Shown here: positions 13,021-26,255 of the stretch, piece after piece
How positions within the stretch are numbered: position 1 is the first letter of the stretch
Layout of the letters: every line of letters starts with the position of its first letter
Origin: Antedon mediterranea
Lineage: Eukaryota > Animalia > Echinodermata
Reading direction: 5' to 3'
Assembly (NCBI RefSeq): GCF_964355755.1
Contig: NC_092677.1
Coordinates: 19,614,101 to 19,678,100, forward strand
DNA: 64,000 nucleotides
Translations under genes and position numbers: made by a program
Notes under the pieces: generated by a model
The model's input: the letters and a program-made list of their open reading frames with translations, nothing else
The model's database searches: none
Told to the model about the DNA's origin: nothing

Positions 13021-13269
13021 ATATTATGTTCAGTTATACTTAACCACTCCTTTGGAATAGCTCAGTTAATGAAACATATTCAGCTATCCAGTTTTTCTTA
13101 ATACGTAGTATTTTTATAGGTTTCATTAGACGATTGAAAATAATTATATGTCCAATTTCTATCCAGTCCTTAAGGAATAGTGGTTTATTTCTATATTTAA
13201 TATAATTATTACCCCATAAGTTTTGCTTTATTACTTTTTCATAATTGTTAATTGTACCTTCATTATTCA

Positions 13270-14579
13270 TCTATATATAAATTTACGTAAGGGCAAAATT
13301 CGGTAAATCGCGCGTTATTTCTAGAATGTTTACCCGATGGTATATAAAGTTGGTTCGTACTTTCGGTACTGATTTTAACCACCTGATGTAACCCTGTTTA
13401 CTAATTAAATTGAGTTCGATAATTAGTTATTGACGATTAAAACGAATTTAGGTTCAACGATTTGCCCCAAATAGGGGTGTTTTTCGATCGTGGTATACAC
13501 TGTCTAATGGATGTCCGTCTTGAAAAATACCCGCAGACGATAATGCGAGGATGCTTCGCATTTTCCTATCTCCTGCTACGATAATTGTTTTTAATGGCTG
13601 AAAACCGGTTGAACAGCTCGAGTACAGCATCATAATGTTGAAGACAGGCCGATTTTCTTTAAAAAATACTATTTTGATAGATTTAATATACGTTTATAAA
13701 AATGTATTGATTTGCGATGAATGGAACATTCCAAATTATTTGGTTTAACCATACTTGCATACCTCCATGGTTTAACACAAGTAGGTAAATTTATAGACCC
13801 TTGGAGAATAAACAAAAATAGTATTGTAATGCTATACAATACTGCAAATAGGTATTAACCACGTTTGATCGCCATTTGAATCAAAAGTGTGTTGGTACTG
13901 TTAGATATAATATTAAACAAATATACTAATAAACTTTATCACTGTGAGTGTGGGTAGCCCCTACTTTTAGATTATAAACACATAATAATATAATACTTTA
14001 ATACTGTCAGTTGTTTCTCAACATTCGTATTAATTAATAATTAAAATATAAACGTATTAGTGGTCTTTAAAGGTACTTTACTATTTCAATCGACCATGAG
14101 ACAGTGACAGTTTTAATAAAGTATTAAATCGGAAATGTTTTACTCTATTTAGTGGTATATTATTTATGGGCCTATAAAAAAATATTTCGTTACTGAGTGG
14201 ATAATAAAGAAATATAAAGAATAATTTAATATAAAGAATATATTAAAACATTTTTAATCTTTGTACCTATCCTCATCCCCACTGCTCAACTCTAATGTTA
14301 GATACAAAACCCTAAACTCTAATAGATACAAAATTGGGTTTGTTTAAATGAGTCCAAATAACAAATTTGAACTCATTTTGTGACAAGTTTCTAGGTGCTA
14401 ATTGTGGTTGACTACATAAATCATTGCGTCTATTTGTTTCTGTAAACGACAATGTTTTATAGTCCTGCCGTACGTACATTTGAAATCGCCATTTTTTTAC
14501 GCTGAAATTACTATGTATTCGAGAACCATCTGTGGGCACGAACTAGATGGTACGCGAGCGAAGCGAGCGTACCATCTAG
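13270..14579 (+). mobile_element. Non-autonomous Helitron
   Basis: Inserted in an A|T site, no TSD; 5' TCTATATATAAA, 3' GC-rich hairpin (actagatggtacgc-gagcgaagcga-gcgtaccatctagt) ending CTAG; removing it restores the L1 fragment. Confidence 0.8.
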
Positions 14580-14781
14580 TATTATTAAATTCAACACTTT
14601 AGAAGATAAAATGATTGTATATTATTTAAACCTAAGTTATTTTAAAAATTGATATTTGACATATTCAAAAGTAGTTGTTCGTTTCCAAATTTGTTAAAAT
14701 AGTATAGTGGTAAGATGTTCCATCTTACGTGTTTTCTACACAGTAATTTTCTTGCCCATTTCATTTTCAGAGCGTTTATTA

Positions 14782-17700
14782 AGACCGGGCGCCCGGAAGA
14801 TTTATTCATGTGAAAAGATACAAAAGGTTTGATGATGTAGTTAGGTGCGTATTAGGGTGAGATGCAATATTCGACATTGCTGCCGGGTCACAGCCTGTAC
14901 ATAGGGCATGTGGGGATCATAACATAGGGGGATAAAAATGCATTTATTCATGTGAAGCGATACAAGGATAACCTTTTTTGGATATCATTCGCAGTGGGCT
15001 ACTAATGATAACATCACCAATGACAGCAACTTTATCAAACAGCAACATTTTAGGGCCACGCCCAAATGGGTTTGTTCATGTGAAGCGATACAAGGTTGAA
15101 TCTTTTTTTGATGGCAGCAGTACATATTGGGGATGACAAAAACACCAATGACAGCAACTTTATCCTGTACATAAGCTCAGACAGCAGCCCTAAAAGTCCG
15201 CAGTTTCCCCCTATTCGGCTATATACTCGGCGCGTATGTCGTCTTATGGCGTTCAGCTGAGTTAGAAATACGTGATACGGACTCGGACTGACAATAAATA
15301 CACAGCAGAATGATAAAACAATAAATAAATAAAGAGAGCAGTTGTTTGCTGTACCAAATCATCAAACATCAAACTCTTAGGAACTCGCCCAAAATGGGTT
15401 TATCCATGAAGTATGAATCATTTTTTTATCCGGTACACAGCAGCTCAAATGCCCGAGGCTCCATTCGTGATCAACAATGTCGATAATACAAACACATTCA
15501 CGATAACGAGTGACTTTTATTTTATAATTGAAATATATCTTTATTTTGGAATAATAAATAACACCAACAAAAACACTTAAAATAACCAACAGCAGATTTG
15601 TATTTTAGGGTAACATTTTGAACAATCAATTTTATATCAAAATCATTATTTCGATCAAAATAATATAATTTAAGAATATTTTTCAGATAAACTAAATAAT
15701 TACACTCATAATGATCGACACCGGTACCTATTATTGTACATTATTAATTATAACTCGATTTAAATATTGTTTTAATTACACACTAGACACTATAGTGATA
15801 TGTCTATATGAAAGAAGGCAGCGAAATTTAAATTTGCAACATTTTTTAACATAACATAACATAATAGTAAAGTAAATAATAGTTCGAATTCAACATAATC
15901 ACTTAGAGAATTGGTAAGGTATAGATTAGACTATCGATTGCACACTATTACTGTATTTTTAACTCAATTTAAATTAAAAAAAGTAACCGTTTTCATGTGA
16001 ATTAGACTGATAAAAACCAACAAAAAACTTAATCTGCCAACATTTTAAACATCGTTACTTGTCCATAATGGATCGACTACTGTATCGATTACTGCACATT
16101 GTTTTACTTTAACTGAACCAAAGTCAAACTTTTAATTGTTACTGTACTAACATTAGACAGTGATATCTGATAAAAGGCAACATTAATTAATATTAATACT
16201 GAACCAAATTAAATATCGTTACTTATCCACAATGGATCAACTACTGTATTGATTATTGGACATTATTTTACAACTAACATAAGAAAGTGATATCTGATAA
16301 AACGCAACAAACTGAATCGAATTAAATATCGTTACTTATCCATAATGGATCGACTACTGTATTGATTACTGCACATTATTTTACTATAACTGCCCAAGTC
16401 AAATTTAAAATTGTTACTGTACTAACATTAGACAGTGATATCTGCAACATACTCCGGACCAAATTAAATATCGTTACTTATCCATAATGGATCGGACTAC
16501 TGTATCAATTATTGCACATTATTTTACTATAACTGCCCAAGTCAAATTTAAAATTGTTACACTAATAACACTGGACCAAATTAAATATCGTTACTTATCT
16601 CTAACTGAACCCAAGTCGAATATTTTACATGCAGTGTAACTACCGACACACTGTAAAAGCACAATTGAGCAAAGACATCGAGGTTACTGGCTGTATGCAT
16701 TAAATTACTAAATATTGTACATTCCTCATATTCCATTACTAGCTGAACAGAATACACGATATAATAAAACCAAGAACTGTGTTTGATTCAGCACTTTGTT
16801 CCGAGCGTGGATCACTAGTCAACGTATCTGGTAGAGCATTTCCTTCAAACCATTTAGGTACATACCTTCCATCACCATTATCAACCCATCATAGTTTAAT
16901 GGGTGTAGGTTTTGTGTTGGCTGAGGAGTATGAGCGTGTCTCCACATAATACATAATTTTCCCTCAACAGATGCTGGGTGATTGTGATTTCACATGGTGG
17001 CAATGACGAACAGTTGATCTTCTTGAATTTCTTCTTTCCAGTTGTCATTTTGCGAAGCGATTGGTACCTGGCCTCATTAATACTGTTCATGCTTTTAAAC
17101 CCATATATCTTGCATACATAGGCAGTGACTGCGGGTTTGTCCATCCTGTCACCACAAAGCGATCGCGATGCAGCAACATGTTTCTTGTCCTTCACTAAAT
17201 AATATATAAATGGGATTGACTTGCCTTTGCGGTAAAATCCAGTATCATTACAGTGTGATATAATCAAATTTATAAATGACGCTGTCACAAATCATGTAAA
17301 AAGAAATCCAATAGCCCCTATTGGTTTTATTATATCGTGTATTCTGTTTAGCTAGTAACAATGGAATATGATGAATGTACAATATTCAGTTATTTAATGC
17401 ATACAGCCAGTAACCTCGATGTCTTTGCTCAATTGTGCTTTTACAGTGTGTCGGTAGTTACACTGCATGTAAAATATTCGACCTGGGTTTAGTGCAATAA
17501 TCAATACAGTAGAGTCGATCCATTGTGGATAAGTAATGATATTTAATTTTGTCCAGTATTATTAATGTTGCCTTTATCAGATATCACTGTATAGGCCCAA
17601 TGTTAGTACAGTAACAATTTTAAATTTGACTTAGGCAGTTATAGTAAAATAATGTGCAATAATCGATACAGTAGTCGATCCATTATGGATAAGTAACGAT

Positions 17701-19570
17701 ATTTAATTTGGTCCTGAGTAGGCATTTTATCAGATATTACTGTATAATGTTAGTACAGTAACAATTTTAAATTTGACTTGGGCAGTTATAGTAAAATAAT
17801 GTGCAATAATCGATACAGTAGTCGATCCATTATGGATAAGTAACGATATTTAATTTGGTCCTGAGTATGTTGCATTTTATCAGATATCACTGTCTAATGT
17901 TAGTACAGTAACAATTTTATATTTGACTAGGGCAGTTATAGTAAAATAATGTGCAGTAATCAATTACAGTAGTCGATCCATTATGGATAAGTAACGATAT
18001 TTAATTCGATTCAGTTTGTTGCGTTTTATCAGATATCACTTTCTTATGTTAGTTAGTAAATAATGTGCAATAATCAATACAGTAGTCGATCCATTGTGGA
18101 TAAGTAACGATATTTAATTTGGTTCAGTATTATTAATATTAATTAATGTTGCCTTTTATCAGATATCACTGTCTAATGTTAGTACAGTAACAATTAAAAA
18201 TTTGACTTTGTTTCAGTTAAAGTAAAACAATGTGCAGTAATCGATACAGTAGTCGATCCATTATGGACAAGTAACGATGTTTAAAATGTTGGCAGATTAA
18301 GTTATTTGTTGGTTTTTATCAGTCTAATTCACATAACGGTTACTTTTTTTTTTATTTAAATTGAGTTAAAAATACATTAATAGTGTGCAATCGATAGTCT
18401 AATCTATACCTTACCAATTCTCTAAGTGATTATGTTGAATTCGAACTATTATTTACTTTACTATTATGTTATGTTATGTTAAAAAATGTTGCAAATTTAG
18501 ATTTCGTTGCCTTTTTTCATATAGACATATCACTAGTGTCTAGTGTGTAATTAAAACAATATTTAAATCGAGTTATAATAATAATTTACAATAATCGGTA
18601 CCGGTGTCGATCATTATGAGTGTAATTATTTAGTTTATCTGAAAAATATTCTTAAATTATATTATTTTGATCGAAATAATGATTTTGATATAATATTGAT
18701 TGTTCAAAATGTTACCCTAGAATACAAATCTGCTGTTGGTTAGTTTAAGTGTTTTTGTTGGTGTTATTTATTATTCCAAAATAAAGATATATTTCAATTA
18801 TAAAATAAAAGTCACACGTTATCGTGAATGTGTTTGTATTATCAACATTTTTAATCACGAATGGAGCCTCGGGCATTTGAGCTGCTGTACGTGTACCGGA
18901 TAAAGTGGAAAAAAAAACCATTTTTTTCAAAAATGATTACACACTTCATGGATAAACCCATTTTGGGCGAGTTCCTAAGAGTTTGATGTTTGATGATTTG
19001 GTACAGGAAACAACTGCTCTCTTTATTTATTGTTTTAGCATTCTACTGTGTATTTATTGTCAGTCCGAGTACGTATTTCTAACTCAGCTGAACGCCATTA
19101 GACGACATACGCGCCGAGTATATAGCCGAATAGGGGGAAACTGCGGACCTTTAGGGCTGCTGTCTGAGCTTAGGATAAAGTGGCTGTCATTGGTGTTTTT
19201 GACATCCCCAATATATACTGCTGCCATTAAAAAAAGATTCAACCTTGTATCGCTTCACATGAATAAACCCATTTGGGCGTGGCCCTAAAATGTTGCTGTT
19301 TGGCGCCCCGTACAGGATAAAGTTGTTGTCATTGGTGATGTTATCATTAGTAGCCCACTGCGAATGATATCCAAAAAAGTTTATCCTTGTATCGCTTCAC
19401 ATAAATAAATTCATTTTTACCCCCCTATGTTATGATCCCCACAGGCCCTATGTACAGGCTGTGACCCGGCAGCAATGTCGAATATTGCATCTCGCCCTAA
19501 TACGCACCTAACTACATCATCAAACCTTTTGTATCTTTTCACATGAATAAATCTTCCGGGCGCCCGGTCT
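14782..19570. mobile_element. Foldback-type element: ~2-kb inverted arms (14782-16773, 17321-19570) with internal tandem repeats, spacer carrying an Academ XPG-domain fragment
   Basis: Termini agaccgggcgcccggaagatttattcatgtgaaaagatac are exact reverse complements; arms align throughout; ~125-bp subrepeats (ttacttatccataatggatcgactactgta...) in both arms. Confidence 0.9.
16820..17290 (-). pseudogene. Academ-type transposase XPG-nuclease C-terminal fragment
   Basis: CNDTGFYRKGK, INEARY, SLPPC..ITQHLLRENY, then frameshifted WRHA..PLNY.W..YVPKWFEGNALP: motif order of AcademX XPG/H3TH region. Confidence 0.65.
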
Positions 19571-20184
19571 CGAAATCAGGCATGCCTACGCCTCCTTTAA
19601 TCATTTTACCGATTAAAGTTTTTCTTTTTAATTTTTGCAATCTCTATACTGTTTTCATTTCCCACAAAAAGTACAGTGTCATCTGCTAGATGTGCAATGC
19701 GAACTTCATTATTGTTAGGTAGAGATATTCCTTTATAGCATTTGAAAACCCCATCTTGATGTGTTCCTATTATAAATCCTCCATAGATCTTTGATACGCT
19801 GTAGGTATACCAACAATATTTGGGCTTTTCACTGATTTTAACATAGCTTTGTAAATATCTTGGGTTTCTAAAAAAGAATCTCCAATCATGTTAACTTCAT
19901 CGACTTTCATAAACACTGGTTTTATTTTATTATAGCCCAGTTTCGTACCCGCGTCTTGGGTCACATTATCTTTTGGCGGGACATCCGAACTGGCTATCGT
20001 AGTCGTCATCTTTTACAAGTATTAATTCTGGCTAAGTAATCACTAAAGAAAATCAAATACTCTTCTTTGAGGAAAATTCACCCTGTATATATCCTTTTTA
20101 ATGTAAACTTTGAGCAAAATCCGATATTTTAACGAAAGGCGTTGAAGAGCTAGTTAGCTAACGTCTCCTTTGAGAAATGCTCTT

Positions 20185-21080
20185 AACAGCCTTCTTGGTG
20201 TGATATTGAGATTCCGACGAGAGCGTGTTGCTTTGATGGCAGATATATCAAGGGAATGTTCCATCATTTTGTTGTAAAAGAATGCGATAGAGATGTGTTG
20301 CGGTTCCTGTGGTGGAAGGATAGCGACCTAACCAACCCTGTGAGAGAATATCGGATGATGGTACATTATATTCGGGGCGACAAATTCTCAGAGATGCGCT
20401 AACTTAAAGAAGGCAGCAGCAGATGATAGTGGTGGGGAAAAGAAGCTACACACTTTTTTAGAAATGAGTTCTACGTAGTCAGTAAGGTCTCCCGAAGACG
20501 CCATCGCTCTCATGAAGACAGGTTTGCGTCTTCATAAATGGACCTCTAACAGTCGAGAAGTACTGGACGTAATACCAAAATCTGAACGTGGAAAGTCCTT
20601 GCTCGATTTAGATATAAAATCTGATTCATTACCCATTGAATAAGTACTTGGTGTATCGTGGTGTGTTGAAAGTGACATGTTCCAGTTTAGAGTACAGCTG
20701 AACGACCTTCCTACAACAATTGACGAAATGTTTTGAAAACCATCATCTCTATATACGATCCATTTGGATTTGCAGCTCCTGTCCCGACTAACTAAAGTAG
20801 CAACATTGGAGGATGCAGTTTTGAAACAGGCCGCCCCATGAGAGATTTTCTAGAGGAAATAACATAGTTTGTCCAAACGAAGTGGAAAATGAAAATTGAA
20901 TAGAGGAAGCCAGTAAAATATTTGAATAATTAGGAATACAAGGTAAGGGCTCATCGGGACGGGAAAGTGGCCCACGGCAAAGTTACGGTACTAGACACAT
21001 GCTGGTTAAACAATCCTTTTACCAAAACAAAGTGGCGGAATTTCCTTATGGAGACCAATACATTTCTGTATTCTGTAGAA
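20185..21080 (+). mobile_element. BEL/Pao LTR retrotransposon remnant, RT / A17 region
   Basis: LLGVILRFRRERVALMADI.GMFH..DRDVLRFLWW..YRMMVH.FGA; LDLD..LPIE*VLGVSW; SIYDPFGFAAP. Confidence 0.85.
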
Positions 21081-21381
21081 GCCAAACCTTATTAAGATTC
21101 AAGATTCAAAGATTTAAGATTCAAACTTTATTATTATATCATTTATCTGGAGGACCTCAGAGAAAAAAAGAAATAGGGGTCAAAAGTCCAGGAGCTCTAC
21201 CAAAAGGGAATTCGACTTCGCTTTTCCGGGGGCCTCTGGAGAGGAAAAGATGGGAAGCCTCACAAGTTCGACTAGTTTGAGTACACCTTTTAATCACTGT
21301 TTGCAGATTGCTTTTAACTTTTCGTTAACGTTACTGCTCGCTATTTAACGCTGACTTTCCGACTTTCCAGGAACATTTATT

Positions 21382-21427
21382 CAGGGAGTTGTTATTAGAT
21401 AATAATAATAATAATAACAACTCCCTG
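21382..21427. mobile_element. 46-bp TIR-only element with 7-bp TSD
   Basis: ATTTATT|cagggagttgttatta-gataataataataa-taataacaactccctg|ATTTATT. Confidence 0.75.
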
Positions 21428-21799
21428 ATTTATTATCCCAACCAAGATGGGATAGATGGGTGAAACCGATGGTCGGTCTCCTGCGCGAGACCCAACCTCG
21501 GTTGCTTTGGGAAAAGCGCCACTCCTGTTTGACATTTTTGCTGTATCGGTTGTTTTTTTTCGTTCAAATGTTCTATGTTCATCAAACTTTTTTTATTATT
21601 GTAAGCTGATACTTATACAAACTCTGCAGATATCCACCGTCAATTGGATTTTTTTCTATTATCACGTACTTTAGTATAGAATTAATACTAATATCCAGCC
21701 TTCTATACAATACCATTCGATTGTTTCACTTACTATATGCACACAGGGCCGTGGGTACTCATCTAATTACTTAACGATGATTATATTAAATTAATAATC

Positions 21800-24700
21800 T
21801 ATTTGTTATCATTTGGAGAAAAGGAACGGATAAATAATCCCGACTAAAAACTAAGACAAATAATTTGGTGTCTAATTATGAAAGTATCCTAAAGGAAATG
21901 AGAGATTTCTACCAAACACTATATACTCGTGACTTGTTTACCACTCAATTTCATATCTGCGCTTCCCGAATTTGACAGAGAGGATATTGATTATAATTTA
22001 TGCGAAGGCCCTCTGACTTTAGATGAAACCCTTAAGGCTCTTTTTTCCATGCCGAGTGGGAAATCACCTGGTACCGATGTAATGGTCTTTCGACAGATTT
22101 TTACAAACACTTTTGGCCTATATTAGGACAGATTGTGACATACTCCTTTAATTTTGCACACGAAGGCCACTATTTAGCCCCTGAACAATCCAGAGGTATC
22201 ATCTCACTTATTCGTAAACCTGATAAAGACCTTACAAATTATAGACCGATTAGCCTGTTGAATACTGACTACAAAATCTGCGCCAAATCACTAGCTAATC
22301 GCTTAAAAAAAGAATCAGTTATATCATAGGCGAATACCAAACTGGATTCATTAAGGATCGTTTCATAGGAGAAAACATACGTTATGTAGGCTACTTGAAA
22401 TTATTTATTACACAAATAAACGCAATATTGCTGGCCTCCTTCTCTTCGTCGTAGACTGGGGTTTTCTTAGCAGTACTCTAAATTATCTTAACTTTAGAAA
22501 CGGTTTCAGTTCATGGATTAAAATGCTATATAACGGTAGCATGGCCTGCGTGTTAAATAATGGTCACTCAACGGGATTTTCCTCCATCGAAAGAGGAGTT
22601 AGGCAGGGTTGTCCTCTCAGTCCCTATCATACCTTTTTCTGCTCGCTGCCGAACTTTTGGCCAAAAGAATTATTAATGACAACGGTGGAGGAACTTAAAC
22701 ATAGAATACCGGTAACAGATGAACAACACAGAGGAACGCGTAATAAGCTCAATGATATATATATATATCACAATAAATTCCAGGGAATTGCCATTCGCCT
22801 AAATTATTCTTTATTTCACTTCATGATTAAAGGAAACAAGGTGTTTCAATTTTGTAAACTCTGATAAAACCCAATTTTTATAAAATAAAGCCTTGTTATT
22901 TATTTTTAATATTCTTATTTTCTCTTTGAAATAATTTCATAATAAGTTGAACAAATTGTATATTCAAAATAGGCATGCTTTTTCATAAGTTTGCATTTAA
23001 TATTAGCCATTTTTAAGCGCACAGTTTTTAAAGTTTAACATTGCGTCATTATTTTGCAATTTAAGTTCATAGAAATGCTCAAAATGTCCTGAAATGTATA
23101 GAAAGTTGATTAGAAATTAATCTTGCACATTTTAAAATGTTAAATGCATGTGTACGCGTAACGTTTTGTATAACAAGCATCATTTTTGACTCCACCAACA
23201 TCAAATGAGTACCACTAAAGGCTTTCCTCTCCCATATAGACACGACAGCTAAATTACCGAATACCTGAAAGGTTCTTCTTCGTGAATATTCAGATAACAT
23301 CAAAAAAGTATTTGTTGTTTACGGAAATACTAGAATTTTTTGACCCGTACATTGGAAAACACTCACACAAAGAGGCAGATACCTTGATGCCATTACATGT
23401 AGGCCTACTGTACTTGATGCATTAAACCCTGGAAAGAATTTCCGGAATAGATGTATATTCCCCGGATACAGATTAATGGATTTCTTTACATACAACATTA
23501 CAGGTGACCTTCATTTCATTACTGGAAAGGGAAAAACCAAAACGAACAATTTACATATAGCCTACACAAGATGCTTGGCAGTTGGCCGTGAGTAATGTAA
23601 AGGTCTCTTAGGTCTTCATGCATTACTGGGGCTATTTTGGGAGGTAAATTCGCCAGTATTTCTAAGGTGGATTAAAAATGATCTCAGCATTGAACATGCA
23701 AAGTGGTTAATGTTTTCCAGCAATTTGGCGAAAATGATTTTGACTTCAACAGCATGTCAGAAGTACTTGAGAGATTTGTGTCAGGGGAACAGTAAAAGCC
23801 GAACAGTATTATATATCTCAGATGGGAACTGTTTCAATCTAAAAATCTTGAAAGTGAAAAGTTACCTCCAACACGACTCTAATACCGCATATACAAAAAG
23901 CTAATCTCATCTCACAAATTTGGAAAACAAACCAACCACTACTACAAACACCCTTGTTACCCGGATGGTTTGTCCTAAAAAATGTTTTGAATCCTGCACC
24001 TGTGGCAGTTATTGAACTTGTAAAATGTGGCTGCCGTGCTATATGTACCAGTAACTGTTCGTGTATAAAAAAACAACTTGCCATGCACAGATTTCGATGT
24101 AACAACTGAAGACAAATAAAGTAGCCTGTTTCATAAATAGTTTCTCTGCAGTTTACATTTTAAGAACAAACCTTATTTATTTTATTGGAAACATTTTACA
24201 AGCAACAGTAATGAACATTAGGATTGTCTTTAGCTGTACAATAATACCAAACACGACATACTTTGCTGAAAGTTTACATTTGACCTTTAGTCATGTGACT
24301 TGTTTTAGTGGCGAATAATTATTAAACTATACCTTTAATGACATAGCTGACTGTAATGGAATAAAATCCATCATAATCACTTATAATTAAACCAAGGTAA
24401 GTCAGCCACTTTAGAATGGCCCACTTTCAATCAACCAGTAAAAGCTTTAGGGGTGTTTTTCTCATACAATAATTTTGCTGCTGAAAAAAGTAATTATAAT
24501 TTTTTATTGTAATAAACAGAACAATTTCAAGCATGGCAAAATGTCCCTGAATTTGACAAAGTCCTGTTGATTCATACTTTGAACTTAAAATTGAATTGGT
24601 TAGTGACCTTTACAGTGAGGAAGGGGATTATTGCCTTTTAATTTTTGGATAGCTCACGGCATTCCGAAGAGTTTTTTTTTAACATTGAGAAGTTTGGTTT

Positions 24701-25300
24701 CTGCAATTCCAGTGGTCTGAAAGAGAATTTTGGGACAGGGTTTTGTACGAAAATAATACTAAATAATAGGTTCATAGAATTCCCTAAATCTCAATTAAAA
24801 TATAGGAATGATTTTAATATTATGGAAAATGAATGGTGTAATATTTATATTTTACCTTATGTAGTCAAGATGTTAAAACACAGGTTTTTCAATACAAAAT
24901 TAACATGAATTGCCTTATGGCCAATTCAAGACTTTATCGAATGATGATCTTTGTTCGCTATGTAAATAGCGATAAATGTGAAACAATGAAGTATCTCTTA
25001 TTTGATTTTGATAGAGCAAAACAAATATGGTCAGGTTTTCAGACGTCGTGGAATGATTCAACGCCATCTGAATTTTTATATTTTAAATCAATAGTTTTTG
25101 GCCTAAATATGCAAAACCCAGATTTCCTGTTAAACCTCTGTATAATTATTATTTAAAAAATGATATTTAGAAGTACAGAAGAACTGGAAATTACGTTGCT
25201 AGTCTGCAATGTTTTAAACATTTCTAAAATTTCACCCTAAAGTTTAACAAAATATTGCCATGCGAGAAACACCATTTCTTAAATGGAGTAAAATTATAGT
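21800..25300 (+). mobile_element. Degraded L1/Tx1-like LINE ORF2, interrupted by an Academ fragment
   Basis: KSPGTD, RGIISLIRKP, YRPISLLNTDYKICAKSLANRLK, RGVRQGCPLSPY (21929-22700); resumes ~24420 (KALGVFFS..) to zinc-knuckle-like C-terminus ~25150. Confidence 0.8.
23340..24110 (+). pseudogene. Academ-type XPG nuclease + Cys-rich zinc finger remnant
   Basis: HKEADTLM (HEEADT-like), PDTD, LGLHALLG, LPPT, ANLISQIWK, PAPVAVIELVKCGCRAICTSNCSC...LPCTD, in broken frames. Confidence 0.7.
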
Positions 25301-25961
25301 CTACCTATAAAAAAAAAAACAATGTTTGTTTGGGTTCAATCAGAGTTTAACGTTCATATAGAAATCTTGCAGTATTGTAGTAGTAGAACTTTTTTGTGAC
25401 AAAATGTTTATTATACAGTATTGTTGTTCTTGGTTTTATTTTTTTAAATTGTTTATTATTATTAAGATAATGTATCTTTGTTTGATATGTATCTTGTTTG
25501 ATTTGATCTTTTCTGTGTGGTTTGTACTTGGTGTTCCTTTACCACTGCACAGAAATTTGTGGAAATGAAAAAAAAATACAAATATAAAAAAAAAAATTAA
25601 AAATCAGCCATTTTAAAATTCAAAATGGCGGATCAAGGAGTAGCCAAAAAAAAAGGCACCTTATTTTTTTTAATTCAGCATATCCTAAATAAAAAATCTA
25701 TTTTGGCACAAATAACGAGCTGGATAACATAATGAACCCTACATTTTTAAAAGCTTCTTGTTTCATGCAGTTCTTTTGTTAGCCACTGTTCGTTATTTTC
25801 AAAGAACCTCAGGTATGATGAGCCTCTCATCTCACAATACCTATTCTATTACATATTATCAACTGAAGTCATGGTATCCTTATGTCCCAATTCCTATTAT
25901 CAAAACAGTCTTTCAATGTTTCCTCCTCTTTGCTCTATTTATTATAATTAACCACTACAAA

Positions 25962-26255
25962 GCTGATTGAGGTACCATGAGTAAACACACTCTGACAGCT
26001 GATGGAGGTACCATGAGTAAACACACTCTGACAGCTGATGGAGGTACCATGAGTAAACACACTCTGACAGCTGATGGAGGTACCATGAGTAAACACACTC
26101 TGACAGCTGATGGAGGTATCATGAGTAAACACACTCTGACAGCTGATGGAGGTACCATGAGTAAACACACTCTGACAGCTGATGGAGGTACCATGAGTAA
26201 ACACACTCTGACAGCTGATGGAGGTACCATGAGTAAACACACTCTGACAGCTGAT
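25962..26255. repeat. 36-bp minisatellite, ~8 near-identical copies
   Basis: Unit gaggtaccatgagtaaacacactctgacagctgatg; one C>T variant copy (~26119). Confidence 0.97.

Larger units (their letters stand above)
12365..20182 (-). mobile_element. Internally deleted L1/Tx1-like LINE, interrupted by a SINE, a Helitron and a foldback element
   Basis: Minus-strand pieces: ORF1-like 19770-20009; IKGISLP..IAHLADDT..GGVGMPDF (19571-19745) rejoining INALKMKWARK (14580-14781); LWGNNYIKYRNKPLF (13040-13269). Confidence 0.65.
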
